From contig OX597816.1 in NCBI GenBank assembly GCA_951406725.2, positions 14,322,001-14,386,000 on the forward strand: 64,000 nucleotides of DNA, written 5' to 3'. The stretch's first letter is position 1; every line of letters starts with the position of its first letter. This document shows positions 40,388 through 55,856 of the stretch, piece after piece. The notes under the pieces are model-generated. The model worked only from the letters and a program-made list of their open reading frames with translations, did not search any database and was not told the origin of the DNA. The position numbers and the translations under genes were made by a program. The stretch comes from Octopus vulgaris (taxonomy: Eukaryota).

Positions 40388-40927
40388 CGATATATATATA
40401 TACATATATACACACTCATGCACAGACGCACACATATACATATATGTATATATATACACACACACGCGTACACACATACATGCGGGGTGGGGTTAACACT
40501 CAACATATGGCTTGTCTATTATTGTTTATCAGACACTTAAGCTATGGGTTGTTCCCTGAATCGTATCAAGCAAACAAGAGATAAAGCTTAGTCGCTTCCT
40601 TTTTTCTCGCCCATACATGACCATATCTGAAAATAAGCTTAAGTAGGAAGATAGGCCAAGAATGAGATGGGACAGTGGCGGAGAATTACAACAGAAAAGT
40701 TATATTAACAGACGCAGGCATGGTTGTGTGGTTAAGAAACTCGCTTTGCGATCACCTGTTTTCAGGTTCACTCCCATACCGCAGCATCTTGGCCACGTGT
40801 CTTGTACTATAGCCACAGGCCACTCAAAGTCATGGAAGTGATATTGATACACATGGAAACTGTGTGGAAGCCCATCGTATACACACACACATACACACAC
40901 ATACGCATATATATATATACATGTATG

Positions 40928-41019
<92 letters not shown>

Positions 41020-41134
41020 CGTGATCACTGTGACCGACCAGGCTATCAGATGTTGCTACACATCGCTGGTCACAATGCGCTTCGCATTGCTTTAGCCTTC
41101 AAATAACGCCACCCCGCTGGCTAAGCGACCAGGT

Positions 41135-41188
<54 letters not shown>

Positions 41189-41530
41189 TGTATCTGACGT
41201 ACGATATATATCGTGTATATATGTATATATGTGTCTGTATGTGTGTGTATCTTTTATCCTCAGCTGGTTTCAAATAAAAGCGAGGCCATGCTGGAGCACT
41301 GTATTTCAGTGTGTTTGGGTCTCCTTTCTGTACCGTTTCTGGTGAAGTACCAAGTTGGACAGAGCCATATCCGAATAAACGAATTAATTAGATTAACGTC
41401 TGTCCTAAAGAAAGAGGCGGTTCTCCATTTTGTTTTTTAATTCATGAATATAGGCAGACGGGTTCGATGCAGCCATCCACTCAGTCATGTCTCCCTACAC
41501 GCATTCGTACATATAATCATATATACGCCC

Positions 41531-41567
<37 letters not shown>

Positions 41568-41626
41568 ATACATATATTCATATTCCCCCCACACACACAT
41601 TTACACACATATATATGCATATGCAT

Positions 41627-41860
41627 AAGGCGGCGAGCTGGCAGAAACGTTAGCACGCCGGGCGAAATGCGTAGCTGTATTTCGTCTGTCGTCACGTTCC
41701 GAGTTCAAATTCCGCCGAGGTCGACTTTGCCTTTCATCCTTTCGGGGTCGATAAATTAAGTACCAGTTACACACTGGGGTCGATATAATCGACTTAATCC
41801 GTTCGTCTGTCCTTGTTTGTCCCGTCTGTGTTTAGCCCCTTGTGGGTAGTAAAAGAAATA
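41627..41860 (+). mobile_element. Family-B SINE, young-looking full copy
   Basis: Close match to 6231-6463 and 60221-60455. Confidence 0.9.
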
Positions 41861-43054
41861 TATATATGCATACGCATATACACACATATAATACCTTTTT
41901 TATGGAACAGTGGATCTTGGGTCAATAAAATAAGTACCAGTAGAAGACTAAGGTCGATGTAATCGACTTAAACCCTCTCTTGAGCAAAAAATGTAACTTT
42001 TATTTATAACTTATATGCTTCGAGTTCCCCTGTTCTAAAAATGAATTATTTCACGTTCTCTCGAAAGTTTTTTTTTTTTTTGTTTTAATAAATTTGTCTT
42101 AAGACTTCAACAACATACAGTTCTAGGTGGATAGAGAAATCCGAAGGACTGTTGAAGGCTTGACATATCTGCAGGAGATGTAGGTTCGATATCTACTCTC
42201 GAAAGATTTATGATTTCCACAACAACAGACACACACAAACACACATATTGAGTAAGAAATGTAATTCGCTTACTCTCTTTTTGTATGTGTCTGCGTACGT
42301 TTATGCCTATACACAAGGTGTAAAGAATAGCAGCAACACTTTTCGCAAATCAAAGAGCCGCCCTCTTGAAGAAGAGAAGGACACACATTATATAACAAAG
42401 TCGTAGTTACCAAAATAGAACGGAATGTTCATAGCTGGAATGTCTTTTATCACAAATCTACTGAAACAGGTTCAGCATAGACCTAAATCACAACAACATA
42501 TGCGTACACATATACATACAAACAGTCACAAATTTACATACATCTAATCCATATACATGCTAATACTTAAACATAAATATATTTATATATTTATGTATAT
42601 GTACATTCACTCCAATTTTTACCTTTTTCCATCTGTTTTCTCTACTCATTCCATTTTACAGAAGAGCTTAGACTCGAAACGTCAAAGATTCTTCAATCTC
42701 CCTTAAGCGGCAAACAAATACACCTTGTTTGTAGTTCCTTGTCTCTGCCATTTTGCTTTTCTTTCATACAATTTTGAACTTCACTGACACACACACACAC
42801 GCGCGTGTGTAAGTGTGTGTATGTGTGTCTGCGCGTGTGTGTTGTTGCTGCTGTTGTTGTTGTTGTTGTTGTTTTTTGTCGTTGTTGTTGTTGAAATCAT
42901 AAATCTTTCAAGAGTAGATGTCGAACCCACATCTCCTGCAGATATGACAGCATTCCTCGTAGATCTGTTCCATCAGTCTGACTGCTGATAAACAACAACG
43001 ACATTAAATATCTACTCTTTCCTTTCGTTCTATCATTTTATTTATCATCTAGAA

Positions 43055-43799
43055 CTGTGAATCTCAACCAGGGTCCGTATAGCCCCTAAGGTCTTATATG
43101 GTCCCTGAGTGTCCATATAAGATTTTTGGGGGTCCACGCAACAATAGTAAATTGGGGATCCACAACATTATCTTAAAGGCCTCTGAAAAGAAGTTCCTTT
43201 AGATGTATGCGTCGGTATGCGTTGCAAGAAACAGGTTCTTTTAAACCACCATTTTATATAGTTCAACAAGTTAATATGTGGAGAAAAACTAAATAGGAAT
43301 TTTGAAAGAAGTTTCTATAAAACTAGTTTTTAAACATCGAATGGCTGTTGGGGTCCACCAGAATAAAATAGCAATCAAAGGGGTCCATAGATAAAAATGT
43401 GGTTAAGAAACCCTACTTTAAGGTTAAGAAGGCTGTGACCTAGCAGAAACGTTAATACGCCGGGCGAAATGCTAAGCGATATTTCGTCTGTCATTACGTT
43501 CTCAGTTCAAATGCCGCCGAGGTCGACTTTGCCTTTCATCCTTTCGGGGTTGATAAATTAAGTACCAGTTACGTACTGAGATCGATGTAATGACTTAATC
43601 CCTTGTTTTTCCCCTCTATGTTTTGTGGGCAATAAAGAAATAAGAAGCCCTACTTTAGATGTATTTGTTGGTACGTATTGCAAGAAACAGCTAGTTTTTT
43701 TTTCTCTCTAACATTTTACTCAGTTCAGCAGCCTACGCAAGTTCATAAAACTAGTTTTTAAACATCGAATGACCACCAGAATATAGTCGAGAACCTCTG
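43055..43799. mobile_element. hAT (Charlie-like) non-autonomous element with a nested family-B SINE (43428-43645) and internal duplication
   Basis: Perfect 8-bp TSD ATCTAGAA at 43047-43054 and 43800-43807; decayed termini ctgtgaatctcaacc / gtcgagaacctctg; repeated ggg(g)tcca subterminal motifs. Confidence 0.8.
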
Positions 43800-43929
43800 A
43801 TCTAGAATCTTCTAGAAATATTGGGGAGGCACTGTCTTTTGCCGCTCTAGCTTCCTTGTTACTGAATCAGAAATCTACAACATGTATTTCTGCCTCAGTT
43901 CATCATTTCGATGTTGTAATATTTGTCTC

Positions 43930-44599
43930 ATGAACTTAGCTGGCAAGGTGCCACCTTTCGGGAGGAGTGGTTTTACACCTGTACTACTACTACACAACTC
44001 AGAATTTTAATACGAGCTGCACGTTTGATGCCAAGGTATATTTTTAAATATACACCATGTTCCAACTGCGTTGAAGATAATCTCCATCTTTTTTTAAAAT
44101 TTTATTTAGAGATAACCCATGTTTTGCTATGCAATGCAACCGTTACTGTTGTAGTATGAAATATATCGTTTGTATTCATTTGAAAGAGAGTGTTTTCCGC
44201 AAATATATCTCAATTTCTAGGTTACGCCCCGGATTAACGCCCTCCTTTTTATTTTTAATTTATTCTCATAGTACTAGTGCATGCATATACAGCTGCGTGC
44301 GCACATACAAGCGAGTACTGTCCAAATCTCCGACCAATCACATACAGCTAGCTGTCATTCAATTGGCGTATCAAGTTTCGGGCATTTTGATTGGGTTTTG
44401 GATAGAAACTTCACAAAAAAGTCACTTCTATTGATTTTTGAATGGCTTTGCGGGGTGACTGGGGAAATGTAAAGATGTGCACGACCACCCTTGGGCGATT
44501 TTGAATGACCATAGAATGTGCGAGCCCTCTAACTGAAAAATTGTGGATTTGTATAAAGGATACACACACACACATTTTGTCGTTTATATATAGAGAGAT
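43930..44599 (+). mobile_element. Possible non-autonomous Helitron/Helentron-like element (3' part)
   Basis: Ends with aaaattgtggatttgtataaagga-(CA)n-ttttgtcgtttatatatagagagatt, resembling DINE-1/Lep1-type 3' ends. The 5' end was not identified. Confidence 0.35.
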
Positions 44600-45024
44600 T
44601 CTCTGAATAAGATATAGATCGAAAACATGAATTTATCGTGAAACATAGGGTTTATACATAGTTGTCTGAGGTGTACTCAGGACTTCCTTTTGTCCTGTTT
44701 TCTTTTACGTGTTTCAGCCACTGGACTGCGACCACGCTGGAGCACTGACATTCGTCGAACAAATCGACGCCAGTACTTATTTTTTTTAAAAAGTCTGGTA
44801 CTTATATAGATCTTTTTGCCGAACCGCTAAGTTACGGGGACATAAACAAACCAGCATCGGTTGTCAAGCGGTGAAAGTTAAGACAAACACAAAGACATGA
44901 ACACACACACACACACATACACACATATATATATGTACAAAGGGTTTCCACACAGTTTCCGTCCACTACATTCATAAATATATTTACTCATACGGCATGG
45001 TCGGACCGGGTATATAATAGAAGA

Positions 45025-46056
<1,032 letters not shown>

Positions 46057-46080
46057 AGACAGACATACAAATAGATAGAG

Positions 46081-46208
<128 letters not shown>

Positions 46209-48249
46209 GGATACGTATATATGGAGAAGCGTATACTTGGCGTATGAAATATTTATATATAGATTTGTAAATTTTACACAACCACTAAAAGTTTACATCA
46301 ACGCACACAATAGGTATACATGCATATATTCATGCAAAAACGATACTTACAAACATACATGCATAGCGCCATCCATACATACTTGCATACATGCAAACAT
46401 TGTGTACGCGCAGACCACCCCTCCCCCGCAAGTACACAAATAAACAAGTCATTTAGAGGTATAAATGAAACAATGCGCTCCACCATATTTCAGCTGTAAA
46501 TCTGATAAGCATCTGTGAAAGTATGCTCATATGATATCATTGCAATCGTTAGTTCGAGAGAGACAGTGAAAGCAGCTTTGAGTTGTAGGAAGAAGGTTGG
46601 CGATGCAAGAGTATAAATGTCTAAGAAAAAATATATAACATACAGTGAGGAAAATTTTTAATGCTTCTACTTCTAATATCTGATTTCATGAGATAAAGGA
46701 GAGAACTTCTATGAAAATGAGAAATGAAAAGTATTTGTTATTTATTTGTTTCGAAAGAAATAGTAAATATTTATTATTTGAGATAAAAGTAATCAGAATT
46801 TTAACTAAGGTGCATACTTTAAACTGTGTTGGATACAAAGCAAAATTTCTCCAACAGTCATCGCTCGTTTTAAAAGATGAAAGCCATTAAACCTGCAGGT
46901 TTATGAGCACCTTTATGTTCGCAGTGTAAGAATACGTCATATTGTCATTGTTTAATTAAGTATATCTTTCAGAAATATTTGGTAAATATCCAAAAACATT
47001 TTTATTTCGTTATTCACCTCGGTTTTGTGCAAACTTTTGCGGTTCTGTACGGTTTAAAGCAAGAAATTATCAAATCTAGAACATAGATTTTGGAATAGGA
47101 GTGTAAAGCCATGGCCTTTTCATTTCTTTGTTATTTAAAATCTTTGCTACTCTAGGCACAAGGGCCGAAATTTTGCGGGAGGGAAGGAGTCGATTAGATT
47201 AGCCCCCAGTACGCAACTGGTATTTAAATTGTCGACTCCGAAAGGGTGAAAGATAAAGTCGACTTCGGCGGAATTTAAACTCAGAACGAACATATATATG
47301 TGTGTGTGAGTTTGTGTGTGTATGTGTGTGTGTATGTGTGTGTGTGTGTGTATGTAGGTATGTATGTATGTATGTATGTATGTATGTATGTATGTATGTA
47401 TGTATGTGTATATATATATAGTGAGAAAGAAGGGAGAAGAAAGAAATATGTATGTATACACACACAGAAACAAACCCACTCACACACACACGCACAGACA
47501 CAGACACAGACACACACACACACATACACACACACTGACATGTGAATATCGTAGCCCAACCGACATCGCCCGGTATGTTCGGCGATTAAACGGCTATGTT
47601 TGCTTTATCGCGGAATTTCAACATGAAAGACTAACCGTGCGTACTAGGAAATAAAAATATAAAGGGAAGATAGGAACAACATATTTTAAATGTTTGATGG
47701 TGTAAAAATAATTATCTACCACACATTCTTTTATTTTTTTTAGCGAAATTTTAATAACCATTTGAGTAATGGAGAATGAATTATCATACGTCAGAATTAT
47801 TAATTAATCAAGGGAGATGCGGTTTCTCGCTGATTAATTTTAAAAGGAAAATACAAACTTTAACAATATGATATGAATTAAACTTTCACTCAATAGTGTG
47901 AATATGGGAATTTTATGAGATGAAAATCAAAATCTTTCTTTATGAATATGTCCCGTAGGAGATAAAAAAAAACTAAGTCAACACATTTATGCGACGAATG
48001 CGTGAATGAATGTCTTATTGACATTATTTGATTGATTTTATCTTTGAGAAATATTTGCTAAATATTCTACGATATTCGAATTTTTGGAAATAACTACGAA
48101 GATGTGTAGAATCGATATTCTTTAGAAGTAGGTTTTAGTCCTCTTAAACAAGGCCCTGATATAGCACTGCCATCAGGAACCTGTGTTCTGCACTTTGTGT
48201 CGAACCGGCGCATATTGAGAGACCCAAGGGATTAATTATACTTACATAG

Positions 48250-48409
48250 TCGCAGGAGTGGCTGTGTGGTTAGTAGCTTGTTTACCAACCACATGGTCCC
48301 GGGTTCAGTCCCACTGCGTGGCACCTTGGCAAGTGTCTTCTACTATAGCCTCGAGCTGACCACAGGCTTATGAGTGGATTTGGTAGTTGGAAACTGGAAA
48401 AAGCCCATC

Positions 48410-48457
<48 letters not shown>

Positions 48458-48700
48458 GTGTATGTGTGTGTGTGTATGTGTGTGTGTATTTATGTGTCTT
48501 TGTTTGTCCCTACAACATCGCTTGATAACCGATGTTGGTGTGTTTACGTCCCCGTAACTTACCGGTTCGCCAAAAGAGAGGCCGACAGAATAAATACTAG
48601 GCTTACAAAGAATATGGCCTGGGGTAGATTTGCTCGACTAAAGGCGGTGCTCCAGCATGGCCGCAGTCAAATGACTGAAACAAACAAAAGAATAAAAGAA
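48250..48700 (+). mobile_element. Family-A SINE, full length
   Basis: Complete head, CORE-like box, internal microsatellite and tail. Confidence 0.9.
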
Positions 48701-49119
48701 TATCTGTGAACGTGGCAACTCCAATCGAGTGTCTCCCCAAAGTATTTACGTACTTTTGTCCTAAACGTCCACGTTTGTTTTCGGACTTTTTGTTAATCTT
48801 TGTTTCTTACATTCCGAGTAATAAAACACTTTCATTTCAAAAACTCCAAATGACTCTGATGACTGAAAAACATTGGGAATGTGTATTACATATGATGCAT
48901 GGGCACAAGGAAATGCGTTCTGTGTATCGCATACAAATGGACAAGACAGACAACGATTTAACGCTAGTAGATAACAAATTGTTGGAGACTGTTTTGTTTT
49001 GCTTGTTGCATTCTACAGATGACTGGTCTGTCATGTTCTAAAGAAAAGCACCCAAATGCGTTTTCAGAGTTTCGGAAGAAAGAAAAGCACCTAAGTACCT
49101 AATTGTCTTTTCAGAGTTT

Positions 49120-49322
49120 CGTAAGAGATTCTTAGCCACCTTTCCTAATCCTTTAGGGAGACATATGTGCAAGTGAGAATCTTTGAATGATAAACTGTTA
49201 CTGCGTAGATTCCTGATGCGAGTGTTTGGGGTTGATATGTTGGAACTTATTTCCTCCTGCTTCTGTCGTATTTCTTCTCTCTCGTATTCTAAAGTTCAGA
49301 GCAACGTCTTTGAGAACCTCCC

Positions 49323-49325
<3 letters not shown>
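49120..49325 (-). mobile_element. Possible CR1/L2-type LINE C-terminal remnant
   Basis: Minus strand [27 protein letters not shown] resembles the ..NSFxxxGPxLFNxLP.. end of CR1/L2-group ORF2. Confidence 0.35.
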
Positions 49326-49369
<44 letters not shown>

Positions 49370-50452
49370 TATATGTATGTTTGTATGTTTGTATGTATGT
49401 ATGTATGTATGTATGTTTGTATGTATGTATGTATGTATGTATGTGTGTATGTATGTATGTATGTATGTATGTATGTATGTATATATCCACAAAATGATTT
49501 CAAAGGGATATTTAATCCTGGCGATTACCGTGTTTCCTCGTTTCCTCTTAAATCGGTTTTATATTCCGGCTAACGACGGCGGATGTTAGTGATACTCGAG
49601 TCAGCAATACGTTGCTAGAGTCTGGTAATTTTTCACGCTTGGTAAATCCGAGTGTCCTATTCAGCGCTGCATAGTTTCTGTAAATAAACTTTATTAATAA
49701 AGCTGCAAAGTCTTTACAGTTTTATTAATAAAGTATGTTATTCTACCTCCGATATTCGAGTATAATTCTTTCCACCTTGTTTCACATCCAGTTTGTAAAG
49801 TTCTAGGTTATGTGTGTAATCGCTTGCTACTAGCTTCCCTTTATTATGAGCTATATTAAGTGAATGCATGTAGCTTGCCATTAGACTCGTACATTTTAAT
49901 GAATATATTGTATAAGAAGCGAAACCGGTTTGTAATTATATATTTTGGAATATTCAATTATTTTTTGTAGTTAAGAATTTTGAAATTATTTGAATATAAA
50001 AATGTATTTTGGAATACGTAATCTTGAAATGATTTAATTGTCGTAATGTGTTTTAAATATAATATATTGGAATATGTAAAAATGTATTTTGAAAAAATTT
50101 GTTTTTGATAATATGTCTTTCAATACATATTGTTGTATTGTGATATAATTTGATTGCAATAATATAAATCTGAATTAACTGACTGCATTGTAAAAGGAAC
50201 AGCACATTTTCTTTTTATTATCACATTTCCATATAAAGCGGCAGCGGGAAATGCTTAGTGGCATTTCGTCCGACTTTCCGTTCTGAGTTCAAATTCCACC
50301 GGGGTCGATTTTGCCTTTCATCATTTCGAGGTCGATAAAATAAGATGCAATCGAGTAGTCCACTTACCCGAAATTTCAGGCCTTGTGCCTATAGTAGAAA
50401 GGATTATATTTCCATATATCCCAATATTGTGTTGGATATTTTTAACACACAC

Positions 50453-50497
<45 letters not shown>

Positions 50498-51480
50498 TAT
50501 GTGTGCGCACGCATGTGTTCATAGTGATAACGGAAATGGAACGTGAAAGCGATTGACAGAAAAGAACATATTAGAATGGAATACTGCACATCAGCTGTAG
50601 AGACCAGAATCTGCATAGTTTCGGCGCATTTATATAACTCTATTCATGTGTATTTGTGTATGTTTGGGATGTTTGCAGAAAAGAAAAAGAAACCAGAACA
50701 GATATTTGTTACAGTATCGGAAAATTAACATTACCAATTGTTCTCGCTGACTGCATAATTGGCTGAGAAAGAGAAACAGCGTGATTGAAAAATTTCCATT
50801 TCTTATTTTTCTTTATTTCTCTCTCTGAAAATGTTTCATTAATAAACTTTCAAGTGAATCTTATCTCACTTGCAACTGAAAGTTTCAATAAAACAAAACG
50901 AAATACACAAATACACTTTAGAAAACAATCAAACAAACAAACCTCTCAGCCAAAATAAATCAATGAGATGCTATGAAAATATTATGCAGATCAAAGGTCC
51001 TCGGTGGTCGATTGATGACGTTTTTATTGCAGTTATTCAAACACTTTTAAATGAAGAGCGGAGTTAACGGGCGATTATTATCAGTTTCGTCTGCAGATTT
51101 CGTCATCATTGTCGTCGTCGTCGTTGTGGTAGTCGTCATTACCATTATCAACAGCAGCAGCGTCGTCATTGCCGTCATCATCATCATCATCATCATCGTC
51201 ATCTCTTCTTTCTCTTCTTTCTCTTCTTCCACCTCGTATTCGTCATCATCATCATCATCATCTCATCATCGTCACCATCATCAACATCATCGTCGTCATC
51301 CTCATTGTGATTGTGCTGTCATCATCATCATCATCATCATCATCATTACATCAACATTAATATATGCTTTCTTGTTTTTTCGTCTTCATATCTGCTTTTT
51401 CTTCTGTCTGTTTGTCTGTCCGTTTCTCTCTCTCCCTCTCTCTCTTTCTCTCCCTCTATCTATCTATATATATATGTGTT

Positions 51481-51523
<43 letters not shown>

Positions 51524-51576
51524 GTGTGTGTGTGTCCTACTGCTGTTTACTGTCGCTATATATAACTCATGAATGT

Positions 51577-52035
51577 GGAAGCCCAGTGGTTAGGGCAGCG
51601 GACTCGCGGTTGCAGGATCGCGGTTTCGATTCCCAGAACGGACGTTGTGAGTGTTTAGTGAGCGAAAACACCTAAAGTTCCACGAGGCTCCGGTAGAGAA
51701 AAGTTGTGAACCCTGCTGTACTCTTTCATCACAATTTTCTCTCACTCTTTCTTCCTGTTTCTGTTGTACCTGTATTTCAAAGGGGCCAGCCTTGTCACAC
51801 TCTGTGTCACGCTGAATCTCCCCCAAGAACTACGTTAAGGGTACACGTGTCTGTGGAGTGCTCAGTCACTTGCACAGTAATTTATTGAACAAAATATCCT
51901 TTTCTACTTTAGGTACAAAGCCCAAAATTTGTGGCGGGGGGGGGGGAGGCCAGTCGATTAGATCGTATTCACGAGCAGGCAGTTCCGTTGATCGGATCAA
52001 CTAGAACCCTCGTCGTCGTAACCGACGGAGTGCCA
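51577..52035 (+). mobile_element. Family-C SINE, near full length, with an inverted family-B tail fragment inserted (~51895-51965)
   Basis: Body is interrupted after ttgcacagtaattt and resumes at ttcacgagcaggcagttccgttg. Confidence 0.85.
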
Positions 52036-52572
52036 CTACAACTCATGAATTATCACTCAGGCAAATTCACTTACAACAAAACATTATTGCCACAACAACC
52101 AATCTCTCCACACACTTCTTGTTCCATTGATATTTGATATTTTGGCCAATGACATGATTATTCCATCAGTAATTACAAACTGAATCTTAAATGTCAAATG
52201 TAAGGAAGGTTAGTAAAAGGAAAATAAAAAACAAAACACAGTCGTAATAATGATGGTGATGGAGGAGATATCGATATCGATTTGTAATGCCCAACGGTGG
52301 ACTGAGATTTTGATTTGTCTATCAGGATCTGGGTTTGGTTCAGTGATTCACATCATCGTCGTCGTCGTGTTCGTCAGCATCATCAATATCACATCATCGC
52401 CGTAAATCATCACTGATACAGCTACAATCTCTGTCATCATGATAAACGTCATGGTAAACTTCATCACACCACCTCCACCACCACAACCACCACCACCACC
52501 ATCACCACCACCACAACCATATATATATGCATATATATATAAATATATACATATATATATACATATATATAT

Positions 52573-52608
<36 letters not shown>

Positions 52609-52733
52609 GGAGAGTTTACGAAAAAGAACAAAAGACGAAGACAGGTGGTGTACAAAATAAACAGATGTATTAGTATAATGCTCAGGAATAGAAAAAGTCT
52701 TTTACGTTTCGAGCCTACGCTCTTCTACAGAAA
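52609..52733 (-). mobile_element. Family-D hammerhead-like element, truncated at stem I
   Basis: Matches 18015-18141; abuts (TA)n. Confidence 0.7.
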
Positions 52734-53185
52734 TATTTACGCATATCTATGCACACATACATACATACATACATACGTACATACATACATACATACATAC
52801 ATACATACATACATACATACATACATACATTTTCGAACAGATGAAAACCGAATTCTACTTCGATAATTAACTCACGGTAGGAACACCTGCCCCTTGTAAT
52901 TAGGGGCAGCCCTGTGATACTAACAACAGTTTTGTAAACCTGCAGTAGTGAGTGTTATTTTTACAAACAGGGGCAGCATCAGTTGCAAAAGAGTGGCGGT
53001 GTGGTTGAAGGGAGATGGAGAGATGTTGTCACTTTACTGTTTATTGCCATGGTAACAAAAGATAAGTGCCAACAAACTGGGATTCTGGGTTTCTGAAACA
53101 TGATCCGATATTCGGTATTAACTGGTGAGTGTGTGTATGTGTGTGTGTTTGTGTGTGTGCGTGTTTGTGCGTGTGTGAGTGTAGG

Positions 53186-53418
53186 TGAATGTGTGTGTAC
53201 GTATTTATGCTCGTATATGTGTGTGATTATCTTTGGGGTGTGCATATATATATATTTGTATACATACGTTATGCATATACATGTATATATATATGTGTGT
53301 GTATGTCTGTATGTCTGTATATATATATGTGTGTGTGTGCGTGTGTGTTTGTGTATGGGTATATGTGAATGTATGTGTACGTATGTATGTTCGTATATGT
53401 GGGTGATTATCTTTGGGA

Positions 53419-53475
<57 letters not shown>

Positions 53476-53504
53476 TTGTATACATACGTTATGCATATAC
53501 ATGT
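53186..53504 (+). repeat. Two-copy tandem duplication (~180-bp period) in a TG/TA-rich tract
   Basis: tcgtatatgtg.gtgattatctttggg.tgtgcatata and tttgtatacatacgttatgcatatacatgt each occur twice. Confidence 0.8.
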
Positions 53505-54445
53505 GTATATACATGTGCGTATGTTTATATGTATGTATGTATGTATATATATATATATGTATGTGTATGTGTGTGTGTGTGTGTGTGTCACTCTGTCTCT
53601 ATGTCTCTTTATAAATATACACACACACACACACTTATGTAGCTTCCGATACATCAGTCGATCGATAGTGACTTACTTCTTGTACTTCATACCATAATAA
53701 CCACTTTATTTTCACGACAGATTTTAATATCTAATGCATCTCTCGAGGTTTGACCTTCTCTGTGACTATCAATATTAGCAGTGCAATGCCTTTTCATCCT
53801 TCCAAAGAAATCCAAAAAGGAGCTCACGCTATCAGATTAGTCAAACCGTGTCTTTTTACCATATTTATTCTTGTGTGCCCGTTTCTAGGGAGCTGTGTTG
53901 GTATTTCAAGACTCCTGTGTGTCTAATAACAGTGTTCGCTGGCAGAGGGCGCTGCTATCAGTCACGACAGTACCTCCTACTTTAGGCGACATCAGTAAGC
54001 TAGTGAAGAGTGTTGTTTAAATTTACTGATGTGAAACTAACAAGAAAACATGGAATGCTATCTTACTCGTGTACCAGAACAAATTTACACTGTAGCCCAC
54101 TGTCTATACACGCTGTTGTAAACCTTGTAATATACTGTTGAAGTATGTAGTGTGTTTGAATAAGCCGTAATATCAATGGAACTTCGAAGTCATTATCAAT
54201 AGAAATATTTTTTAAATGTTAGAATCTATATTTGAGGTGGTGATCGATTATAGATAATTTTGTTAATTTACGGTGTTATTTTTTACTTATGTAAAAGACT
54301 AGTGTTAAACTCTCTCCTTCACTTATTTTTTCTCACTCTCGTATGTATGTATGTATGTATGTATGTATGTATGTATGTATGTATGTATGTATGTATGTAT
54401 GTATGCATGTATGTATGTATGTATGCATGTATGTATATGAGTGTA

Positions 54446-54514
<69 letters not shown>

Positions 54515-54533
54515 CTCTCTCTCTCTCTCTATT

Positions 54534-54566
<33 letters not shown>

Positions 54567-55437
54567 GCGTTTGCGTATGTTTATATGCATATATATATAT
54601 ATATATATTCGTTTGCGTATGTTTATATGCATGTTGTTGTATGTATGTTTATATATATATATATATGCGTTTGTGTATGTTTATAATGTCCATATATATA
54701 TATATGTATGTATGTATGTATGTATATGCATATATACCAACAGAATCGCACACATACAAGCACACACACTCCAACTATCATCATAATCATCACCTCCATC
54801 ACCAGCAGCAGGTGTATCGTTTTAATATCCGTTTATCGATGCTGGCACGTGTTACAGAGGCCAGCAGTATGGCCCTCTGGCATTTCTCGAAAAAAAAAAT
54901 CTTTACTCTCTTTACATATTTCATTTGTTCCTATATCATTACTATTGCTTCTTGCTTTCCATATTGTCAGTCAACAGCAAAGTGTATCGAGTGTGTATCA
55001 GAGCAGTTAACATGTAACAGAAATGATCCTCTACATCGCATGTTAATTTTATTACGGTTCATCTGCTCTTCTGCACGGTTTATCTTTTCAACAGAATATA
55101 TTCACGTCTTATACCTAGATCAGTAATGTCCTATGCAGTCCAGATGGACTTGCAGCGGTCCATAACAATGTTTATATGGTTCAAAGCGACCGCCGAAAAT
55201 CGAACTGACGATCTTACTATCTTGAGCGGAATACCCTAAACACTAAGTCAGTGCTTTCGTTTGCCTTGATTTCCATGTCCGACTCCGTTGCATAACGCTG
55301 CACATAAACCATTGCCATTAGTCTCTAACCCTTGTAATCATCGGTAGCATACACCATGCCTTCGCCATTAGCTTTATTTGTCTATATATTAATATTTATT
55401 GCTTCATGATTTTTTTTTTTTTAATTTTGTGGACAAC

Positions 55438-55856
55438 CAGGCACAGGAGTGGCTGTGTGGTAAGTAGCTTGCTAACCAACCACATGGTTCTGGGTTCAGG
55501 CCCACTGCGTGGCATCTTGGGCAAGTGTCTTCTGCTATAGCCTCGGGCCGACCAAAGCCTTGTGAGTGGATTTGGTGGACGGAGGCTGAAGGAGGCCTGT
55601 CGTATATATGTATATATATATGTATGTGTGTGTATATGTTTGTGTGTCTGTGTTTGTCCCTCTAGCATTGCTTGACAACCGATGCTGGTGTGTTTACGTC
55701 CCCGTCACTTAGCGGTTCGGCAAAAAAGACCGATAGAATAAGTACTGGGCTTACAAAGAATAAGTCCCGGGGTCGATTTGCTCGACTAAAGGCGGTGCTC
55801 CAGCATGGCCGCAGTCAAATGACTGAAACAACTAAAAGAGTAAAGAGTAAAGAGTA
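55438..55856 (+). mobile_element. Family-A SINE, full length
   Basis: Complete consensus with (AAAGAGT)n tail. Confidence 0.92.

Noticed and set aside
46450-48240. AT-rich non-microsatellite sequence examined for downstream SOGA exons or a piggyBac end (...aagggattaa)
   Set aside because: No open frame bounded by splice sites with coiled-coil character, and no matching opposite terminus found.
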